DNA from: Entomortierella parvispora E1425
Taxonomy: Eukaryota > Fungi > Mortierellomycota
Assembly: GCA_020891255.1 (NCBI GenBank)
Contig: BQFW01000003.1
Location: forward strand, 682,001 to 746,000
Length of the DNA: 64,000 nucleotides
Reading direction: 5' to 3'
Below are positions 13,501-22,959 of the stretch, piece by piece (the stretch's first letter is position 1; each line of letters opens with the position of its first letter). Under the pieces are notes generated by a model. The model saw only the letters and a list, made by a program, of their open reading frames with translations. It was not told the origin of the DNA and did not search any database. A program made the translations under genes and the position numbers.

Positions 13501-15251
13501 AGTATTTTTACGCTCTTTCGATCTATGATCCCAAGGAAGGCTTGCCACGACTCGATTCTTCTCCTACCGACAATCCAGATTATCTTGCTGATCACCCATT
13601 GGGGCGACAGAGCTTCACCAAGCAGCCGGCGATCATCCAGTTCCTTGCTGACCGTGCCCAGTATATCGATGACTTTAAGGACCATCTCCACTCGCTCATT
13701 CGGCTATCCAAGGATCACAAGTCTGATACACCTGTCAGCTGTGCGGCTGCCAATGCAATTACAATTTTGATTCGAGCTGGCGAACGGTTTAATGGCGTAG
13801 ATTTGAGAGGCATTCGCGTTCCTGGTGCGGTTCTGAGCTGTGGTGACTTTGATTCGGCTCAGCTCCAAGGTGCAGATTTGCGAAACACCACTCTTTGTAA
13901 CGTCTGGTTGCATCAGGCCGATATGAGCTTTTCCCGAATGGAAGGAGTTTCGTTTGGCGACTGCCCGTGTCTTGAGGTGGAAAAAGTAGAGCGACATCCT
14001 GTATTCTCGCCTGATGGCAAGTATTTTGCTGTCGGTCTCCACAATGACACGGTCACCATATACTGCACGTCTTCGTGGAAAGAGGTTCTCTCTCTGAAGA
14101 ACGCTGGAGGTCTTACGAATGAACCCTCAGGCGACGGTGACGAGGCCGCAAGCGGTGATGAATCCTCAAGCGAATGTGAGCAGGCAACAGGTGCTGGCGA
14201 TAAGACCTCGGGTGGAGGTGATGTGGCCGCAAGCGGTAGTCATGACGCCCCAAGCGATGGCGGCGAGGCCATTGGAGACGATGATAAAACTTCAGGCGAC
14301 GGTGAGGTTGTGCAACTACAGGAGGCACAGAATGGTGCTCTTGACTCTTCCTTAAGAGAACATACCAGCCTTGCTGTCCCTGTGGCGTTCTCATCGAACG
14401 GACACCAAATTGTTTCGGGCTGTGGAGACGCAATTGTGCGACTGTGGGATGCACAAACAGGCACTCTTATCTTTTCCTTGAATGGCCACACCGATGGGGT
14501 TACCTCTGTGGCATTCTCACACGATGACAACTATATCGTATCGGGCAGCAAGGACGCGACTGTGCGACTGTGGGATGCACAAACCGGCGTTCCCGTCTTT
14601 TTTCTCAGCGGTCACACCGACACTGTCAATTCTGTGATATTTTCACCCAGCGGCCATCAAATCGCCTCAGCCAGTAACGATGGAACCGTGCGACTGTGGC
14701 ATGCAGAGACCGGCACTCTTGTGTTTTCCTTGAGCAACCATGCGGATGGCATTCTTTCAGTGGCTTATTTGCCTAATGGCAAAGAGATAGCCACGGGAGG
14801 CGCTGATGGGATGGTACAACTGTGGGATGCAGAGACCGGGGACCTGAAATCTTCTTTGATCGGCCACACCGGCTGGGTCACCTCTGTGGCGTTTTCACCT
14901 AAATGTGATATGATTGCCTCTGGCAGTGATGACAATTCTGTGCGGCTGTGGGACTTGGATTCTGGCCATTGTCTTTATAAATTGGTTGATTTTGACGATG
15001 CCACCTTTGGTATCGCTTGGAAGGAAACCTGCGGGGACCTCTATCTCGTAGTTGGAGGTAGTGCCAAGTCTGTACGCTCGTGGAAAATTACCAAGGATGA
15101 AGGAGAAGTTAAAGTGTATCTGAACTGGCGATCGGCTCCAGATACACTTGTCCTGGTGAACGCTTCTATCCAGGGGGTGCAAGACTTGAGCGAGATCAAC
15201 TCGAAACTGATGCAGCAGCGGCGCGCTATAGGCGGTCCCATTACTCTCTGA
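10581..15251 (+). CDS. NLR-like STAND protein: helical/ARM-like N-terminus + NACHT + pentapeptide repeats + WD40, 1556 aa, single exon
   Basis: Walker A ILGDSGAGKST, Walker B FILICDGYDE, KMVISCRTQYL. Pentapeptide repeats FNGVDLRGIRVPGAVLSCGDFDSAQLQGADLRNTTL. Five 42-aa WD repeats of the type GH..V.SVAFS...IVSGS.D.TVRLWDAQTG. Confidence 0.93.
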   Translation: MTKSPPPSKPPLSTKSHTNGISSFGQKKSIAAALLSIGYVSVSIAAPLASKSSKARLSSKVLTTPSNSTSTAIQTGLKTHPSSDNESSDSRKATHTLSSLVMDVASDIFSANASRIKQDIHPPKVGEDIKTTAQLATCAELLPKIPPKASKDLALSSKDICTDGLSPSQITWIKEMKDHPLEKIYILQLLSRMVDRFINLPIKTSDDICEVILLGPVLDKQHYQALINEFLHQLQSKIILNPDLLQGLVSLIECAPPFHLRVDDLMMILRVIRQHLADSTQKDTLYTIHLTAAISRVLVIMVDCGVKDLNREQEHEPLLETLSKFRKHTDPLVRYHVEYACRALQLIPDDETVRQGFTRNAIGFAGGLMTVAGVIQLDFGGIPEGLPVLIKSGQGLVENLKKYFGYVDKNPWFQAVREAEAMAREGLFVDFNRLVCEVNCRQDPFFQWGICLILGEVAIDQSWDATVHEQAVKLLGEMFRAITGSDQHQDVRSWILTLLHDISEPRKTDPSTSTDNDEIRKQAFDMALKFKGAVNEKASPLEHSHHAMTFRRLPALSKLLKQIDHKPDIELALDRLRRYRQELYDRHAVYVAPMSKLSLDVSDEDSEFLKERVFQFLEGSGLVMLILGDSGAGKSTFNARLEQDLWVSYKAGGRIPLLIDLKAIRDLNQNLILQHLDSTKMFAPSHLSDLRRREFILICDGYDESQCRSNLHTNSQFNRTNQWKAKMVISCRTQYLTRGYQTSFAPQQDAVAHLDLPSNELFMEAVIVPFKLDQIKDYVEQYTASREPGDNEPRRTTEQYLEQMETVNDLMDLVKNPFMLKTALEILPSVASTTSQITRVELYDSFVNFYFRNELDRLKEQLSRGKMGAARLAAFQEMEPLNFTDLCIDFSKRLAAAIVGQGEEIYSVEYGSLADSTSWKSRYFGSEPKTLMLMEASQLVRRTRALTSQVQIRGRRRPAESGETFKFSHLSILEYFYALSIYDPKEGLPRLDSSPTDNPDYLADHPLGRQSFTKQPAIIQFLADRAQYIDDFKDHLHSLIRLSKDHKSDTPVSCAAANAITILIRAGERFNGVDLRGIRVPGAVLSCGDFDSAQLQGADLRNTTLCNVWLHQADMSFSRMEGVSFGDCPCLEVEKVERHPVFSPDGKYFAVGLHNDTVTIYCTSSWKEVLSLKNAGGLTNEPSGDGDEAASGDESSSECEQATGAGDKTSGGGDVAASGSHDAPSDGGEAIGDDDKTSGDGEVVQLQEAQNGALDSSLREHTSLAVPVAFSSNGHQIVSGCGDAIVRLWDAQTGTLIFSLNGHTDGVTSVAFSHDDNYIVSGSKDATVRLWDAQTGVPVFFLSGHTDTVNSVIFSPSGHQIASASNDGTVRLWHAETGTLVFSLSNHADGILSVAYLPNGKEIATGGADGMVQLWDAETGDLKSSLIGHTGWVTSVAFSPKCDMIASGSDDNSVRLWDLDSGHCLYKLVDFDDATFGIAWKETCGDLYLVVGGSAKSVRSWKITKDEGEVKVYLNWRSAPDTLVLVNASIQGVQDLSEINSKLMQQRRAIGGPITL
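14124..14309 (+). repeat. Degenerate 21-nt tandem repeat (9 units, higher-order 4-unit period) inside the NLR
   Basis: Units PSGDGDE / AASGDE / SSSECEQ / ATGAGDK / TSGGGDV / AASGSHD / APSDGGE / AIGDDDK / TSGDGEV. Confidence 0.8.
14385..14990 (+). repeat. 126-nt WD40-coding repeats (about 5 units)
   Basis: Recurrent gtgcgactgtgggatgcacaaac(a/c)ggc-like cores at ~126-nt spacing. Confidence 0.85.
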
Positions 15252-16566
15252 GCCGTAGTGGATGTGATGATATAGTCAGTCCTTTGCTTCTACACCAAAT
15301 AAATTATAGGTCCCCAGCTGGTGGTGACTAGCTCGCACAACAAAAATGTTATCATGTAAACAACCGTTAATCACATCTGTCCTTGATGCAGTTCTGCTCT
15401 TTCTTATTTCGGGTTTTCATAGCTCAACCGGGCCTATGTGGCTAGATGCGTTCATGATGTTCAACTTGATTGAGGCACGTATCAACTTACTTTTGAGAGT
15501 TCGAGATTCGTATGAGAGATAGCCTTGCGTGCACAGCAAGAGCCAGACGCGTCAAAAACAAAGAATGGATAAGTGAGGACTCTGCCTGTTGAGATTTTGC
15601 GATTTCTCATGTAAGCAAAGGTACTACCAAAACATATAAAAAGATCTGCAAAAAAAAAAAAAAAAAAAAAAAAAAGAGTCATCATCGATCGGCTCTCGAC
15701 CGATAACTTTCATCATTGAATTGCAAACTTGTCAGGAGCGACAGGGACCTTATCCCCGCAAGAAGTCATTCAGTAGTGTCTCTCAACCGCAAGACTGTCG
15801 CTTGAGCTCATAGTTTTCCGGAGAGTCCCTTCGCTGCCGTGTCCTGTGGACAACACAGGCCATATTAAACTTTGTTTTTTTTTGTTGAGATATTTCAGGT
15901 TCGTTATGTGTCAACTATTGTTATCATTGTCCTGACGAGCTTTTCTTGCATCGCTTCCAATTGTAGCGCTGATGCCAGATAGCTTCCTCTCCGCTTGGTT
16001 TAGATTCATGGGAGTACTGTAAACTAACCGTCAGAGAGGCTGTAAAGGAGAGAGGAGTCGGCCTGACCTTGCACATGCACACTGACAGCCTCAAACATGT
16101 CTACGCAACGGTATTCCAATGGGCAGACTGAAATCCGGTTTTTGTCGCCCCAGTTGTCAAAGTGCAGAAATGATAGCGAATGAATGATGTCTTGGGCCGA
16201 TGGGAGGGTGCTTCATTGCCGCTAGGGCTGTTTTATTGCCTAATGGACTGTTGTCTTTCTTGAGCATCAATTTTTTTAGAATAGAGTCTTGCTTGGTAGG
16301 ATAGGAAGCATCTGCGAGCAGTTGCAAATGAGCAACAATAACGGGTCCTCGAAGGATGCACGTTTTCAACACAGATTGACAAAAAAAGTGTTTTGTATTT
16401 TGATGTGTGCGTGTGAGTTCTATGTACACAGGTCTCCCGTCCATTCTTTGCGCAATGGTAGCTAGACCATTTCGGCAAAAGGCTGAAGGATCCAAGGATG
16501 GGGCAGAAAGGATGACCCTTCTTTATTGTGCTGCTTCTTTTTTTTGCCATTCTTTTTGCCATCGTT

Positions 16567-16940
16567 TTACGAGGTAGGGCTCTTGTTCTTCATATACTTG
16601 GAAGCCAAGTGAAGAAATTCTTCAAAGTCGATTTGCTTGTCACCGTTGGTATCAAACTCTTCAAGAGTATCAGCGACCGAGGTTGAGTGCACCTTCTCGC
16701 CTACAATCTTGAGCAACGAGCGCAGCTCGGAGACGCTGATGGCTCCATCGCCATTGCGGTCAAAGACATCAAAGCTCTCCTTGAATGAGGCAATCTCCTG
16801 CTCGGAGAAGGTGGTGGTGTTGGGGGCCTACCCTCGGAAGTAAGAAAGATTAACGTTTAGCGTTTCTGGATCCAGTGATCAATTGGCCTTGGGGCAATAT
16901 AAGCGAAACAAAGCGAGAGTGGAGGTTAGCTGCTTACCAT
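16567..16940 (-). CDS. Single-lobe (2 EF-hand) calmodulin-like protein A, 87 aa (ATG 16940-16938; exon 16827-16567)
   Basis: ATG|GTAAGC intron, then APNTTTFSEQEIASFKESFDVFDRNGDGAISVSELRSLL...EFDTNGDKQIDFEEFLHLASKYMKNKSPTS*. Two canonical EF loops. Confidence 0.85.
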
Positions 16941-17883
16941 GTTGATAATAGTGGGGTGTGTCGGATAGAAGGTGGGAGCAAGAAGTGGAATGAAGATGAG
17001 GAGATGAATGAGACGAATGAAAAGAAAAAAAAGAGTAAAAGAAAGAATGGAAGACCAAGAAAAAAGGAAGTGGGAAAATAAAGGTACACCCCTGCTGCTC
17101 AGCACGCGCGTTGTTGTTATTGCCATGGACAGGGTTTGGAGTGGACAAACAGATTGAGCCCAATCAACGCAGAGCTGCGTAAACTTGTACAATTGAATCT
17201 GCCACTAGTTCTCCCATCCTTGCATTGCTGCCGTGTCTTGCCACCACTATTTCTGCGCTTGTCCTTTTTGGTCTTTTGTTGGAGAGGTGCAGCGGAACGA
17301 TGAAGGGTCCTTTCCAGCAGAACAGCAGAAGAAACATACCCCACTATCGCGTTGCGGCCATTGGCCTTGCCGTGTTGGTGCATGTGCAGACTCAGATTAG
17401 CAAACATCTTTTTTGTGATTTCAGTCGGAGGATGTTTTCTCTTTTTCTTTTGAGGACTCGAATTTCAGGGGCCGTTCGGTTGCAGGGGGGCCATCCCTCG
17501 ACCCTCTTTGCTCCTCCAAGCCATTAAGCCGTCTGAGGCGGGGTCAAGGGTTCGCTGTCCATCCCTCTTCGTAGGGCCTGCCGCCCACTCAGTTTTAGTA
17601 AAGTCAACTGCACAGACAGACACAAAAATCTGTCCTGGTCCCCGGGAACAGACCCTTTTTTTCAATCGCCATCGGGGATATATTTTTATTTAAATAACTG
17701 TAGTCGAAGAATTGGGGAAAAAAATGATTTTTTCGTTTCTTGCAGCTCTGAGCCAATGGGTAAAAATTGAGGCGGAGAAGGTCTGGAGCAGTGTGGCTGA
17801 AATCATGCAACAGCCAACATTCGACGGAAGGAATAGAAGATTAAGAAATAGAAGATTGGAAGGGGAGACAGTTTTTAGGCAGT

Positions 17884-18294
17884 TTAGACCTTGTGGTCAA
17901 TGAAACGGGTGGCGAGACCAAGGAACTCGTTAAAGCTGATGGTACCATCGGCGTTGGTGTCATGTTCGGCCAAAATAGCCTCAAGGCCCTTGGTATCGAC
18001 CTTGTGGCCGATGGTGTGCAAGAGGGAGTGGAGCTCGCGGCGCGAGATGGTACCATCCTTGTTGTAGTCAAAGGCGTCAAAGCTCTCCTTGAGGTCGGCA
18101 ATCTCGGAGGGGCTCAAAGTATTAGTAGTCTGGATACAAGTTCAGGAGAATACAAGCGAGGTTAGCCAACGCTTTCAATTGCAGTAGGAAAAATAGGGCA
18201 GACGCCGGGCTTGAGGTAGAGCTGCCGGGAGATCGCCGAACACTATCGGGACGGTGTGAAGAACATGAGTGCAAAGGAGGGAGAGGGTTACCAT
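17884..18294 (-). CDS. Single-lobe (2 EF-hand) calmodulin-like protein B, 82 aa (ATG 18294-18292; exon 18129-17884)
   Basis: ATG|GTAACC intron, then TTNTLSPSEIADLKESFDAFDYNKDGTISRRELHSLL...HDTNADGTISFNEFLGLATRFIDHKV*. Two canonical EF loops. Confidence 0.85.
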
Positions 18295-18923
18295 AGTGGA
18301 GTTGGAGTGAGGTAATAGCGAGAGGGAAGAGAGGGGAAAGGATGAGGAAGTGAATGAGTGAAGAATGAGGAGAATGAAAAAGAAGAAAAAAACTGAGCGG
18401 CAGTTTTTAAAGAAAGTTTGCGAAGTCCAAAAGAACGAAAGTACAGAGCGAACAGGCCTTCAATCGAGGAGACAATCGACGTTTCCGATCAACTTGCCGT
18501 TGACAGAGAGTTCCCGCCATTTCCGAGATAGTTCCCTCGCTTTTTCTTCTTGCTTCGCCCTTTCTCTCCGCGGAGAGAATGGATAGAGAACCAGCCCAAA
18601 GAATGGTTCGGCGAATTAAGGCAAAGTAAGGCGACATGGGCCTGGCCCTTGGCGAGTGTCGTCCAATTGTTGGCTGCGTGTGGTTGTGTGTGGCGTGGTT
18701 GTGTGTAATGTGGTGTGGCGTGTGTGGTGTGTGGGTCTTGTGTCTGTGTGTCTCTGGCACACGAGGATGAGACCCAGTTGGGAGTGCGCCACCAAATCGA
18801 AAGAAAAGGGAAAAAAAAAAAGTTTGATTCCTTGATTCGCGGTTCGTGATTCGTGTGTGTCCAGCTGGTTCTTGTTCTCTTCATTCTCTTCATTCTCTTC
18901 ATTCCCTTCAGTCACTTGTCGCC

Positions 18924-20624
18924 ATGATCCTCAATCCCGTGCTCGAGAGTGCAGAGTTCATTCACAACGTAACTTCATCAATGAACATGGCATTCTCATC
19001 ATGGCGTAATGACAATGATATCAAGTGCTCACATATCTTCCTCTTTCTCTCCTTGTTTTCTTTTCACACGCTTTTCAAACAGCATAGCAAACATGTGTCA
19101 ATACCTAAGGATGGCATTGTTCATGGAGCAGCCAAGGTAGGCGTACATCACAGACACCAGGGGGTATTATAAGGAATCGTCAATTGAACCGGTTAAAGTA
19201 CAGCTTTGATATGAACATATTCTCCATTTTACCCGCTCCGCAGATTTTTGAGGCCATGAAAAAGACTCATTACGATACCAGCAAGTGGAAAGAGCATCCT
19301 CTGAATCCCAAGGAGTGTAACGCTAACACTGTTGACTGGTATGTTACTTCTGAAAGAGCAGTGAACGCGTTGCTATAACATTACTACGATCATTGCTCTC
19401 CTGTCTAACCTTTTTCATTTTTATTCTTTATCGATTTCAGGATTTTCTTGGTCGATCTCCTCAACTTTTCATTCTGGTCCGATATTGATATCGGCGACAC
19501 TGGAGTCCCCCACCCTGATCGCTACCGCGTTACTTTCCACGGCGTTGGGTATACGGGTTATTGGTCCATGGTCGCAGCCGTCAACAGAGGTACGCGACAA
19601 GGGAGTATCATATCGAACTATTTATTATCTTCAGACTAGACCGGGGCTGGGATGCTAACCTTTATTTCTTGCCGATGACGATTCTTTCAACTAGCGTTGG
19701 AGGAAGGTATCCCCATCACCACACCATCTTTCTTTGCTTCCGAAGAAAAGTTGCCCGACAAGGAGATTGAGCGTATTTTCAGATCAGATACCAAGGAGCA
19801 GGTTCCTTTGTTACAGGAGAGAATCCGCGTCATTCGCGAGGCTGGCCGAGTGCTTCTAGAGGTAACGACCTCATTTTTCCGTTTTCGTATGGTTCCATAG
19901 CAGTGAACAGAGTGCTAACGTTCGAAGTCATACATTCAAATAGAAATTCGATGGTCGATTCACAAACTGCATTGCACAGGCAAACGGATCCGCGTTGAAG
20001 CTGGTCGAGTTGGTGACCTCCAACTTTTCGTCCTTCCGCGACGAGGCTACGTTTTGCGGACGAAAAGGTATGACTCTTTCCACTCATTCTTGCTGAAGGG
20101 TGTAGACCACAGAGTCTGGGATTCTAAATAATTCTCCAAAATCACCTGTAGTTCAAATCTTCAAGCGTGCCCAAATTCTGGTGGCTGATCTATGGGCCTG
20201 TTTCCAAGACAAGGACTATGGCCATTTCAAGGACATTGACGAGATCACCATGTTTGCGGATTACAGAGTGCCCCAAGCCCTTTACCATTTCCATTGTCTG
20301 CACTACTCGCCCGAGCTGCTTCTGATCCTGGATCGAGGCGAGCTCCTGCCCAATGGCTCTGAGCTCGAGGTCGAGATCCGTGGAAACTCTATCTGGGCTG
20401 TGGAGTTGATCCGTCGTCGTATCTTGGAGCTGATTGAGCAAGAGGTTATCGAGAAGCAGAAGCAGCTTTCCGGGGACGACGATGCACCCCTGCCAAAGAT
20501 GATGAAGGTCAATGCCATTCTGATTGACTTCTTTATCTGGGACTTTGCCAAAGCTGCTCAGTTGGATTTGACTCTTGGGCAACGACCTGTCAAGGTCCAT
20601 AGGACTCGCTCAGTGTTTTATTAA
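18924..20624 (+). CDS. QNG1: Queuosine salvage protein (queuosine-5'-phosphate N-glycosylase, DUF2419/C9orf64), 7 exons
   Basis: MILNPVLESAEFI; WIFLVDLLNFSFWSD; YTGYWSMVAAVNRALEEGIP; FKRAQILVADLWACF; ITMFADYRVPQAL; EIRGNSIWAVELIR; NAILIDFFIWD; HRTRSVFY*. All introns GT-AG. Confidence 0.92.
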
Positions 20625-20744
20625 ACTCCACACAACAATGGAGGGGAAAATATGATAATTAAAACCTCAAGACAAACTCATCCGAAGTCCCTGTACTCTT
20701 TTACAAAATGCCTTGCCCCAAAAGTGGAGTATAGCTTGGGATCC

Positions 20745-22496
20745 CTAGTTGACAGTCTCCGAGGGAGTCTCCACTGGTGGCTCCTTGAGGGCCTTATAGT
20801 ACAATGCAGGTTGTGCCGTTGTCATCTTGAAGAGATCAGTGGGCTGGACGACTTGTGCGGGTTCGGCCTGGTTTCGCTTGAAAATCACTAATTGTTGGAT
20901 GGGGGAAGAGAGAAGAGTGGTTAGTCATGCAGATATACACAATCTGTAATCCTGCCCCAACTTTACAAGTGAGAAGATTGCTTTACCCTCCACTTCCTCA
21001 TTGCGGACAGCAATAGGTGCTCCACGCTTGGGTGTAACGATGGCGGCAGCCTTTCCGGTGTAAATCACAGGCTTTCTTCCATTCTTCTGAGCCTCCTCTG
21101 CTGCTTCCACGCATTGGGCTGCGGTCTCGGGTGACAGGTACATTGCCTCCAGAGCCTTGCCGGTTTCCTTGGGGAACACTTGTCCGACAACTTCTTTGAA
21201 TGCCTGTTTTGCTGATTCTACAGTTTTGAACTAGAAGGTGGATATGGCACAAGGAGTTTCCGGACATATCAGTTTCGTGTTACCTTTGAATATGAATCAT
21301 AACAAAACAAGAGTACGCAACTTACTGTGACATAACAATGAGTCCTGATGCTGTCCATCCAGAGCATCTCAATTTCACCAAACTCTGCCAGCATTCTCTT
21401 GACCTGGTTCACGGTCAAGGGACGGACGAAATTCGTAATCACCAAAGACCGAGAAGCGTCTGCGGATGAATCAGTCTCACCGTCTGCATCTATGTATCGA
21501 AAAAGATAGCAGCCAAAAGTCGTTAATAACCATGTCCATTTGTCAAAAATAAGAAAAAAATAAGAAAACAATAACAAAAGGTGTTGTCTCAGCAAGCAAA
21601 TAAAGGCAGCGACATCTGATTGTTTCGGTACCTTCAGTCACGGAGGGCAGAGCCGGCGTGGGCTTGAGCTCTACAGGAGATTGCAATGCTGCCTCTGGCT
21701 GTCGATCCTGAACCGCCATCTTGATCTGTCGCTCCATCAATGAGCGGGCATCAATCCTGCGCGGTGCCGTTGCAGAGACTTTGTCCGGTGATCCAGGCTG
21801 AGCATTCTCTTCGCTAGACGGGGCAATAGAGGCGACAGATGCAGATCGGCCAGGTGCAGGTGAAGGAGAAGGGGCAGCACTGCGCCGACGCGCATCTGCT
21901 TCCACGGCTTCTGTTGCTGCAGCTCTGATCCTTGCATGGTCTTCTGCTCCGCTGTCCTGTCGAGTCCGCTTGACAGAATCCTTCGCAGGTCCATGGGATG
22001 TGGCGTCATCCGACTCTAGAGAACGCTTCTTTGACGAATCCACAGTTGTTGCAGTGTTTGTTGTGGAGGTGGAGGGTGTGGATGTTGCGTCGGTTGTTGT
22101 TGTCGTATCGACCACGCCTTCTTGTGATAATGTTGGGGTGCCGACCACAGGTTCAAGGACAGTGGTTGACACTTCTACTGAAGAAAGAACGTCGGGAGCG
22201 GGTGTAGATGATACAGAGTCGTCAGGAGCAGGCACAGGTGCCATGACAATATCTGACTCTGCAGCGGCAGCCACTGGTTCCTCCACTGGTTCAACAATCT
22301 GTGAAATCTGCTCTGCCTCCTTGGTGACATTGTCCGTGTCCATGGGCGTGTCTGATGCTGATGTGGACTGTGTCTCTGTGGCCAATGCCTCTTCCAAACG
22401 GGTGACTAATTCTTTCTTGAGGCCCTTGGTGGACAGTCCACGGGCGGTCAGCTCTGTCTTCAGCTCTGTGACCTTGAGTGTGTTGGGGTCAACCAT
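20745..22496 (-). CDS. ACIN1: Acinus-like SAP + RRM + RSB-motif protein (ASAP complex), 4 exons
   Basis: SAP: TLKVTELKTELTARGLSTKGLKKELVTRL. RRM: SLVITNFVRPLTVNQVKRML...LWMDSIRTHCYVTF. RSB-like C-terminal motif: TDLFKMTTAQPALYYKAL. Confidence 0.85.
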
Positions 22497-22959
22497 TTGC
22501 TGTGTGAGGTGTGGTAATGGATAATGTGAGGGAATGTCTGAAAGAAATGATCCCGCACAAAAGAGCAGGCGCGCACCATTTTTGGAAGGCGTGGATCAAG
22601 GTCACGTACAAATCGTGAGGGCAAGTTGGCCTTGTGTACGTGAATATTGGATTCCAGGACCAAAAGAGCGAGAAAAACAGTCTGGTGAAGATCAAAGGGA
22701 GGAGGCGGACTGCAGGGAAAGAAAATGATGAGCAGAGATGCCAATCAAAACGCCATCCCGACCTCTCGCTCTTGCGGTTCTAGGCTTCTAGCGTCCTCTT
22801 TTTTTTTTGGGGGGGGGGGGGGTTCTCTTGGAGCACCACCGTCCTGCTCAGTCTTTCATTGAGAAACAGTTGTCCACGATCATCTTTCTTCCTTGAGTGC
22901 ACTTCAGCTATGTTTATGACCAGTTTAATGTAAGAAAAAAAACTACGGGGGTACGAATT

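Noticed and set aside
21970-22524. 184-aa plus-strand ORF
   Set aside because: Antisense shadow of the codon-biased Acinus-like exon; no domain features.
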